Assembly: GCA_964016885.1 (NCBI GenBank)
Contig: OZ024740.1
Coordinates: 114,142,001 to 114,206,000, forward strand
Source: Eledone cirrhosa
Taxonomy: Eukaryota
Direction of reading: 5' to 3'
Length of the DNA: 64,000 nucleotides
The stretch's first letter is position 1; the number at the start of each line of letters is the position of its first letter. The notes below the pieces were generated by a model. It saw only the letters and a program-made list of their open reading frames with translations. It was not told where the DNA came from and made no database searches. Made by a program: the position numbers and the translations under genes. Below, piece after piece: positions 53,727 through 64,000 of this stretch.

Positions 53727-55630
53727 ATATTTATTAAAATAACAGATTAAAGTTTAAGCAAAGAATCGCTGCTTTCACCCTTAACGGGATCTTCTGAAAC
53801 TAACAAAGTCAATCTGTAAACGCAGAACTGGATATTTCAAAAAACGTTGCAACCGGAGGAAGACAGGAAGACGATACTTTGGTTCATGGTGACGTTCGCT
53901 GGCAAAGAACGGGAATAAACGAATAATACGTCATTAATAGGAGCGGTGAAAAACAATTACGTGCAAGGACAGAACCACGTTTATGGTATAAAAGAGGTCG
54001 TAGACTAATGTTCTCTAAGTGGTGCATAGAGACGTTCTCTGGCAATGAACGAAAAAACGAAGATAATAAGTCATATGTGGAGCATGGAGAACAATAGCGT
54101 GCAAAGACAAAACCACGTAAATGGTATAGCAGAAGTCGTAGACTAAACTTCTAACTAGGAGACCGAATGAATCTCCGCTACAGAGTTAAGAACAAAGTAA
54201 ATAAATACAATACAGAAGTAATAGGAACAAATAAATACATACACGCAAACAGATACGTACATACACAAGCATACGCAAAACCTTACCATAGGTATACAAA
54301 ACCACGCACATATAAATATGTGCATGTGTGTATGCTTGTGTACAAATAAATAAATAATTATATAAACGTATATAAGTAAATAAATACGTATATAACAAGC
54401 GCACACACATACCTACAAATAAATACATGAAGGTTCGGAGACGTAAGTCAACTAAAACAAGAAGTACACATATACACACACCCACCATACGTACGAACCT
54501 GCATACTCACGCAGACGCAAAACTCCCATATACACATAACCAAGCCCTAAATACCAGAATATGTAAAAATTATACGCCAAAACAGTCAAATATACGTACG
54601 AGAAGGTATACATACCTTCACAAAACATACGGGTAATATATACTTACCTATGCAAAAAGTAAAGGAATAAACAAAACATATACTTAGCTCCCACATCAAG
54701 ACGTAAATATCCACGTATAGATCGTGCTATCCGTTAGGGTAAAACGTAGGGCTGTAATACAGGAAAGTGTTGTGCAATTTATGTTTACAAGCCGAAATTG
54801 CCTCAGATTTTTTGTTTAAGATGTGGTCTGTGGCGTAGAGTATTTCCAGGGGCTCAGCGGCGCAGAGGTCACATGGTCTTTTATTTCCGTTATACGATCT
54901 AGCCCTAGTGTGTGTATATGTGTACTTCTTGTTTTAGTTGACTTACGTCTCCGAACCTTCATGTATTTATTTGTAGGTATGTGTGTGCGCTTGTTATATA
55001 CGTATTTATTTACTTATATACGTTTATATAATTATTTATTTATTTGTACACAAGCATACACACATGCACATATTTATATGTGCGTGGTTTTGTATACCTA
55101 TGGTAAGGTTTTGCGTATGCTTGTGTATGTACGTATCTGTTTGCGTGTATGTATTTATTTGTTCCTATTACTTCTGTATTGTATTTATTTACTTTGTTCT
55201 TAACTCTGTAGCGGAGATTCATTCGGTCTCCTCTGCTATACCATTTACGTGGTTTTGTCTTTGCACGCTATTGTTCTCCACGCTCCACATATGACTTATT
55301 ATCTTCGTTTTTTCGTTCATTGCCAGAGAACGTCTCTATGCACCACTTAGAGAACATTAGTCTACGACCTCTTTTATACCATAAACGTGGTTCTGTCCTT
55401 GCACGTAATTGTTTTTCACCGCTCCTATTAATGACGTATTATTCGTTTATTCCCGTTCTTTGCCAGCGAACGTCACCATGAACCAAAGTATCGTCTTCCT
55501 GTCTTCCTCCGGTTGCAACGTTTTTTGAAATATCCAGTTCTGCGTTTACAGATTGACTTTGTTAGTTTCAGAAGATCCCGTTAAGGGTGAAAGCAGCGAT
55601 TCTTTGCTTAAACTTTAATCTGTTATTTTA

Positions 55631-55638
<8 letters not shown>
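53727..55638 (-). mobile_element. 5'-truncated PLE forming a 1.9-kb foldback (arms about 730-750 bp)
   Basis: 53727-54481 is the inverse of 54908-55638; the spacer holds an endonuclease C-terminus; an HHR-like motif lies in each arm (53751-53801 minus, 55564-55614 plus). Confidence 0.9.
54727..54900 (-). pseudogene. GIY-YIG endonuclease C-terminal remnant (not in the ORF track)
   Basis: RSYNGNKRPCDLCAAEPLEILYATDHILNKKSEAISACKHKLHNTFLYYSPTFYPNG*, homologous to the ends of ORFs at 12996 and 24458. Confidence 0.85.
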
Positions 55639-55681
<43 letters not shown>

Positions 55682-56673
55682 TGCATTTACTTTTGTATGT
55701 ATGTTGTATGTATGTGTGTGTATGTATGTATGCATGTATGTATGTGTTTACGTGTATGTGAGTATTTTTTAACATCCACAAACATATATTCACAAATAAC
55801 GTGAGAGATGGTGAGAGAGTATATAGTGACGGATGGATAAATTGATTGATATTGAAAGATATCTCCACTCAGATGGATATAAAACCACGTGCTCTTACTT
55901 TAAAATACATCTCTCTACACGTCGCCATGTTTAGAAATACGCAGTCAGAGTCGCATAGTTGCAACACACAATTATACTTGCGTACTTAACTTTTTTTCCG
56001 TACAGTTGAACATCTATGTTAGTATTATTACCTAAATTATACGATAATGAGTTGTCACCCACTAGCTGATGCACAAAGTGTGAGAAATCAAGAAACGCCA
56101 ATTTATTTGCATTATATATAGATTTAATGAATTTTCTATATGTTTTCTTTAAAATTTACATATTTCGACTATAAATCTCCAGAAATGTAATTGCAAATTA
56201 TCAATAAAAAATAATTAGAGTGTAATCATTAGAGCTCATACATGATTTGTTTATAGAATTATATAGGAAAATCGAAAAGAAGCTATTAAATTGCTTCTCT
56301 GGATCGTTTTTGTTTAATTTCTTTCCATCACATCATACTTGACGTTTTATTTTTCTTTGTAGCTGTTATCGTTGTCATATTGTTATTCTCAATTTTATGT
56401 TTTAATGATTTGCTTGGATTGATTAAATTATTTTCTGTAACAAATTTGTTTCATTATTTTTTTCTTTATCATTTTTTACTTAAATTTAATTAGACAATAT
56501 TTGCATCTTCCCTTTTACATATTCATTAAATGGTTTAATTTCAATAACAAGGGAAAATGTTATTGGCATTGACATATATATATGCTGCTGCTCTTTTTCT
56601 CTCATATGCTCTCTTTCTCTCTCTGTCTATACATGTATCGTCTCTTACATACAACGTATACACTTTCATATAA

Positions 56674-56710
<37 letters not shown>

Positions 56711-57758
56711 AAGAGAGAGATAGAGATAGAGTGGGGGAGAGAGAGAGAGACAGATAGAGAGAGAGAGAGTAAAGAGCAGAAATGTGAACACACTTGAAAT
56801 AGCAGCCTCTATTCAATGTATCGGAGATTTGACAAATGTAGTTATTATGATACTATGTATCCAAAACTAATATAGCTGACCCGTAGTTAAAAGGCAACAT
56901 CGTATACGGTGAGCATAGCAAAGAGGAGGGTTACACAAAGCCTCTTAGTGAACGGAAGGGTGGTCAGGGATGAGGTGAGATAGAAGAAAAGGTAGGAGGG
57001 CGAGAGGGAGTGAGGAGAGAGTAGATAGACCGTATAGAATATGATGAAAGATGGAGGGAATCAAAGCAATAGGGCATATAATGCTGACATGGAGAATTAA
57101 GAATGGGATGATAGTGAAGAAATTAAAGGTGAATTAACTGAAAGAGTGTACTATAGCGCCGGAACATCGCGCGGTAAGATTAGCTCACGCAACATAATCA
57201 AAATATCTGTTGATATGACGGGTAAAGATAGACTAAACAAAACAAGAGAGTAGTAGAACCGTGTCCGCCCTGGGTGCGACAAGCAGAAAAGGGGCAGTTT
57301 CGTATTCTGGCAAAAGCAACAGCAGTGGTGGCAGTTGTGGAGAAGAGTTGTGAGAGAGAGAGAAACAATAAAGAGGTAAAGTGTTATCTGCCCCTGCACC
57401 GTTTTTCGTTCATCGTAGAAAGTCAAAATGGCTTATTATATGTATGTAAAGAACACTATATGAAAGATTCCGAGTGTTGGATGTTTAAATATTTCGTAAA
57501 ATTGTAGGAATTTAGAACGCGCAAATAGCTGTAAAATAGCCGGTTGCTACGATGATAATAACAATGAGTCGGGTTAAACAAAACCTCATAAGGAACAAAA
57601 AAATGGTCAGAGAAGAAGAGATAGACAAAAAAAAGGTTAGGAGAAGAAGAGAAAGAGAACGAAATGAATATATGATGAGAGATGGAGGAGGAATAGAGAA
57701 AAAAAACGAAAGAATGAAAGCACTTCAACAATGGCGATCTTGTATTTTTCATGCCTAG

Positions 57759-57860
57759 GGTTACATCTTTCCTTTTGTAAGACAATAGGGTGCGATTTCA
57801 GTGAAATTTTGGTTTCTATTTCTAGCAAGTCTTGCAACCATGTAGAACTTTCTGCGTATG
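57759..57860 (+). CDS. Weak candidate phase 1-1 Cys-containing exon
   Basis: Acceptor cttgtatttttcatgcctag, donor gttagc, 102 bp open: GLHLSFCKTIGCDFSEILVSISSKSCNHVELSAY; shares CKT..SEI..SC with the 25629 exon. Confidence 0.3.
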
Positions 57861-58746
57861 GTTAGCCCGGATCTCTATCGATTTAACCCCGTCTACTGCA
57901 GCAATATTTGCTATTATTAAATCGATGAAGTTATTGAACTACCATCTGAATTTATGGAAAGTAAAAAGAAAGTTTGCCGCTGTTAGTTGTATCAACGTAA
58001 AGAAATAAAACCGCCCATTTCTAATAAATTTATGACTAAAGTCAACAGGCTCAATAAAATATCCGCAATGACATTTTATTCAGATATATATTAACAGACT
58101 TATATAATTTATTGCATTAACGCTTCACGTACCAATAACGATGAGAAAATGTCGAGACCGCACGGAAAGATATAATTCTTATTTTACAAAAGAAATATAC
58201 TGAAATTAATATCATATAGATACGAATTAAACTGAATTTATAGATTGTTAGCTTAGGATTAAATGGCCAATATATAAATATAACAAGTGATAAATGTGTA
58301 AGCACCGCGCGAGTTAACATGTTTAGATTTCGAGTGAAGTAAGTCAATACGTGTCCAATTGATCTGCTAGAAATACAAGATATATTCCTTCAAATTACAT
58401 TCTACCATCTTAAAACAAGTGAAACCTGTTAGACAATGCAGTTTTCAGAGATAAAAAGGATGTAATTGTAAAGTCTGGAACTACTTTACTCATACTCATA
58501 TATCTTCTTGATTATGTTTTAAATGGGGCAAACAAAGGCATGTTTTATATGCTTCATTTTATTCTTTATAACCTTGTTTTACTTTGTTTGGAATCCCCAT
58601 AAGCTACCAAGAACACGCCAGATAGAAATAATACGATAGAACATTCTATGATTAAATGTTTTCTGATATTGTAATAAAATAATGTATATATTTCTGGTTT
58701 GATTATAATTAATTGTAGAAGGAATGTTATTCGAAACTGGTGTCAC

Positions 58747-59066
<320 letters not shown>

Positions 59067-59084
59067 ATGTTTGATATAGAAATG

Positions 59085-59133
59085 GCGTCTACAGGACTAG
59101 GACAGTTTCATTCAAAAGAAATCATCAGGATGA
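59085..59133 (-). ncRNA. Degenerate hammerhead (28865 family)
   Basis: CTGATGA-tTTC tttt GAAt-GAA-ACTG tcctagtc CTGT-A; stem I is poor. Confidence 0.45.
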
Positions 59134-59150
59134 TATATATATGTATATAT

Positions 59151-59199
<49 letters not shown>

Positions 59200-59933
59200 G
59201 AGAGGGGGGAGAGGGGGGGGAGAGGGGGGGCGAGAAGTGGTGCAGATAAAAGAAAACACAAACAAATACACACATTGTACATTGTAAGATAGATAAGTAA
59301 GTATGTATAATTTAGACAGATTTCTAAAATCTTTATATAAAAGTTAAAATGAAAATGCGAAATATTTGCTGCGGAAACTAGAAAGTGAATAGATTAAAGA
59401 ATAATGGTAGAAATAAATAAATCTGTCAATAAAAGCGGAAAGCATCGCGAAGAAATATGTTATAATGGGAAGGAATTGGAGAAAGAATGAGAGAAGATCA
59501 TTGAGAAATGTGATTAACGGCAATATTGCAGATGAATTCATTGACAACGTATGAATGTGTCTGGCGTTTGAAAGGGGCTGTGAGATCATAAGAATGGTTA
59601 CGAGATACAATATCAGCCTCATTACAATTTTTTTAAATGCCCGCATATTCGATCACATGAGCAGATATATATATATGTACAGGGAGACACACATACACAC
59701 AAAAACACAGTACACTACAGAGTATGTTTTTATATATCTATCTATTTGTATCTATCTTCCGACCTCTCTTTTTCTCTCTCAGTCTTTCTATATATTTATA
59801 TAGAAAAGAATTTTACAGGGCTAGAACTGTTTCATACGAATTTTGTTATATATAATAAAGATGCCTATACTCTACATTGTATTGAGTACCTTTATTGACT
59901 GTTGATACTCGCCGACATGACTGAGGAATCTAC

Positions 59934-60033
<100 letters not shown>

Positions 60034-60091
60034 TTCGGATCTAGCTGTCGAAACGGCCGGAGCTCAGCCGTCGGGGTCCTGACTCTTTTCC

Positions 60092-60122
<31 letters not shown>

Positions 60123-60681
60123 TCACTATGAATACATAGTTTAATCAGATGATGAGAGAGAGGATGGGGAGGCGGAGAGAGAAGGAGAGACAAATACCTT
60201 CATAAGAGCGAGTCTTGCCTTAATTTCCTGCCCAACAATCGTATATAAATTGTCCACTTCTATTATTTCTCATACTATAAATACCGGCAGAATATTATCT
60301 CATAAGATAAAATTAGAGGATAATGCGAATATGAAGAGAAATACCAGAGAAAGGAGAAAGACATAGAAAGGGCAAGGGTATAGAAATGTGATGAAAATAT
60401 TGAAAGGAAAAAAAGAATAATTGTTTGTAAGTATTTTGAGCAATCAAAGATTTTCTGTATACAAAATGGACATCAATAAATATTTATATATACATAACCA
60501 CATAATAGTTTTTATAATAGTAATAATACTAATACCAAAAATATTCTTTAATAATAATAATGAAAATAATAAAATATTATATAAAAGCATCAGGCTTGGA
60601 TATGAAAGAAATGGTGTATAAAGAGAAATACCTTGATTTGCGATTGATATTTAAGAACATTTATAATATGTATGTATACAT

Positions 60682-60730
<49 letters not shown>

Positions 60731-61179
60731 AGAGACACGATATTGAATAGTGAAAGTTAGTTTCATAGCTTTCGTAAGCTTTCCTTCATATGCTAGACAG
60801 TTTTTTTTCTTTTCAGCGACGTTAGCTTTTGATATTCCGGACACATGACTAAGCGATAATTCATTTAATATAATGTTGGCTGCGTTTGATCGGGGGGACA
60901 ATGACATCAAGGAATATATAATATATATTATTGATGGAAACGATTCGTGGTCACCAGTAGGAATAAATAAGAGAAATAAAGTGAAAAAAAAAACACACAT
61001 ATCTTAACGCACATACAAAAAACACTCACACACTAATATATGTTTTCGTTGACCGTGTGTGTGTATGCATATAGAGAGTGAGAAGGAGTTACAGTGTGGG
61101 AAGAAATGAATAGATGGATAGATTGATAAATACGTAGATAAATAACTAGATAGATAAATAGATATAAAAAGATAGGCAA

Positions 61180-61245
<66 letters not shown>

Positions 61246-61904
61246 GGAAGTATGTATGTGTGCATGTGTCAAATTTATTTTGCCTATCTACTTTATGTGT
61301 TTGTAATTTGTTGTCTCCTTCATAAGTCACTTACTGCTTTTCATTCTTTCTCTCCCTCACTCACTTCCTCTTCGTCTCACTCTACCAGACTGTGTTTTAC
61401 AGTTCACAACTCCTTATAGATACATATGAATATACTTATATGGATACACACTCAATCACACAAAGACGAATATATAGTTATGAAATACTACCTGTATAAA
61501 AGACCTGTATGAAAGAGTACCCGTATAAAAGACAAAATGAATCTGTGAAACGATCAGAAGTTTCATAATTATTTAAAAACTCATGAAATTCTGTGATTTC
61601 TGAATTTTCTCGTTCGATCACACAAATATATACACACACACACATAAATACATACACAAACACAAATATATACATATGCTCACAATAAATATATACATAT
61701 GCACACGTAAATATATACATATGCATTGACATGTATAATGATGGAGTGGTATATGGTGACTCTAAGTTATTTTCTACTTGGCGAAGCTCATTCTTATGCA
61801 GGTCTGAATGAACCTGATTTCGTACAAAGAAGAAGTGCGTGAGGGAGTGACAGAGAGAGAGAGAGAGAGAGAGAGAGTTGAGAAAAGAGGTAACGAAGAA
61901 GAAT

Positions 61905-62028
61905 ATTTATCAATACAGAAAGGATGAAATGTGACGTTAGCCTCAGGGTTATTTGAACTCAGAGTGCTGGAGGGAATACCGCTAAGTATTCTATCCGTCG
62001 TTCTAACGGCTTTGCCAATTTGCCGCCT
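61905..62028 (-). mobile_element. Older SINE copy
   Basis: aaggatgaaatgtgacgttagcctcagggttatttgaactcagag...tgccaatttgccgcc, homologous to other copies. Confidence 0.75.
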
Positions 62029-62323
62029 CTATGTATACACTGTACAAAAATATAGAACAAAAACATTTAAGTATTTGTCTGTGTCGATTTCACGTACGGT
62101 ATTTTAATGTCAACCGGAAGTTACAAAGAATAAGATAATAAATTTGAGACAGAAAGTAGGGATCACATTAAAGAAGATAGATGAATTGTTGTACTTAACT
62201 CAGAAGGTCGGTAGCCATGATAAAAGTGGATAATAAAATGGAACATTTACATGAAAAACATACAAAAATTGCCATCACTTAACCTGGGTTTGAAACGTCA
62301 TAGTATACACACACACATTCATA

Positions 62324-62481
<158 letters not shown>

Positions 62482-62769
62482 AAAGAATAGAGGTGTAACA
62501 CACGAGTTGTGATATATTGGTAAAAGGAAAAGAAAATGCTGACAAATTGTTCTAAGTGAAAAATAGTTTAATTAGGAATAAGTAAAAATTAGTAATAAGT
62601 ATTGGCTAGTATTCAGTTTTAGTTTTAAGTTTTTACCGGTTGCGCATTTCTAATGCTTTTCAAAAATAATTTTGAGATAGAGCGCCCGTGATGTTTGCTC
62701 TAATGTGATTAGTTTTGGAAATTCTACCTGTTTTATGTGAAAAAGGTGGTTCCAGAGGTATTAAAATAA

Positions 62770-62910
62770 GTTTCGCGCCAATTCGTGTTGCAAAAATTCT
62801 TGTGGTCAAAACAATTTTGATTGGTCGGTAGAGGTCACGTGAATGTTAAAAATTGAATTTGCGCCAAATGTAGGTTTGTCGAAGAGTGTCCTTTTTCGCC
62901 TGATTGGGAA
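62770..62910. promoter_or_regulatory. E2F/CCAAT/E-box motif cluster (probable PLE pLTR promoter)
   Basis: TTTCGCGCC 62771, GATTGG 62819, GTCACGTGA 62834, TTTGCGCCAAA 62858, GATTGG 62902; similar cluster at 49805-49882. Confidence 0.45.
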
Positions 62911-63066
62911 GTCACTGAAAAATAAGTCTTTTAAGACAAATATGTGTGTTTGTGTGTGTGTAGTAAAGAGGTTCATTGTTGTGATAATGGTCAGTAGGGA
63001 TGTGTGTGTGAATTGCAGTCATGTTGAACGGTCAACAGTTCAGGTGCCTATTAAGACAAATATGTT

Positions 63067-63111
<45 letters not shown>

Positions 63112-63344
63112 CAGAGTAATTCGTGGTAGAGGGGTCGGTCAGTAGGAATGTGTCTGTACGTGTGTGGGTGATATTTTAACATGTTGAAAGATATATTTCA
63201 GCTCTTGTCTTATACGGAGAAGTGTGTGTGTGTGTATGTGTCTTTGTATGTTAGTGTACGCGTGTGTATGTGTGTGTGTATATATGTGTGTGTGTGTGTA
63301 TGTGTGTACGTGTGTGTGGGGGGAGGGGGGACCAGTATTTTTGA

Positions 63345-64000
63345 GATACTGGTAAAATGGTGTACATTATTCGATATTTTCAGCAAAAACGATTCAACCT
63401 AGTCATGGGATACCTGGAAATCACCCTCTACACTAAAGTACTAAACAAATTTGGAAACACTCTCCACTTACACATAGAAAAGAACTGGAAGCGATATCTA
63501 GATAACTGCTTCATCCTTTGGCACGAAAACATCGAGAATCTTAAAGAATTTCACACCCTTATAAATAGGCTCAACACGAATATTAACTTTACGATGGAAT
63601 ACAGCCATCAACAACTCCCCTTCCTCGTATATCCTCATTAAGATTCGTAACAAAAAAAAATAGAAACAGACATATACTACAATCCCACAGACTCCAAGCA
63701 ATATCTTCCTTTCAACTTTTGCCACCCTAGACACGTTAAAATTAATATTCCCTACAACTTAACCAAGAGAATCTGTACTATAGTCTCCAATAAAAACACC
63801 TGTTACTTACGGCTACAAGAACTAAAGGACACACTCATAGGCTGGGACTACCCTGCATCACTAATTGACAATGGAATCCAACGTGCCCTAAAACTCAGTA
63901 CCCAGGAATTTAGACACCCTAAAGTTAATCAACCGAAACTAAAAGCTCTGACATACATCTCCACACACAACCCCCTCAACAATGAGGCCTTTGACACCAT
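63345..64000 (+). mobile_element. 5'-truncated PLE RT fragment running off the window
   Basis: NLVMGYLE..WKRYLDNCFILW..INFTME..LPFL..ETDIYYNPTDSKQYL..CHPRHVKINIPYNL..ICTIVS..YP..ISTHNP. Confidence 0.88.

Noticed and set aside
57274-57507. 77-aa ORF with VCKEHYMKDSECWMF, vaguely lectin-like
   Set aside because: Stops immediately downstream and the Cys/Trp spacing does not fit; unsupported.
56817-57764. Possible solo LTR (purine-rich, AATAAA, ends GTTACA)
   Set aside because: No matching TSD, no convincing 5' terminus and no second copy.

Overview
AT-rich, microsatellite-dense animal (eukaryotic) DNA. The tRNA-derived SINE family and repeat spectrum resemble octopod cephalopods; that is an inference, not verified. 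Most ORF-track entries are spurious translations of (TA)n, (CA)n and (GA)n tracts. Real content: two decayed Tx1/L1 LINEs pointing away from each other, a near-full-length RTE LINE with 3 in-frame stops, an older RTE remnant, a deleted mariner, a DD37D (maT) transposon, about 10 SINE copies or pieces (three with TSDs), and at least 10 Penelope-like element (PLE) insertions or remnants from several families. The main hidden signal is about 16 minimal type-I hammerhead ribozyme (HHR) motifs from roughly 9 sequence families. Most have short self-complementary stem III; one family has a ~100-nt stem II; variants include a U3-A8 core. Many sit in large inverted-repeat structures typical of PLE integration. 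Scattered + strand candidate exons (a signal-peptide exon, C-type-lectin-like exons) suggest a host cluster of secreted lectin-like genes whose introns hold these repeats. All folds and alignments were made by eye.
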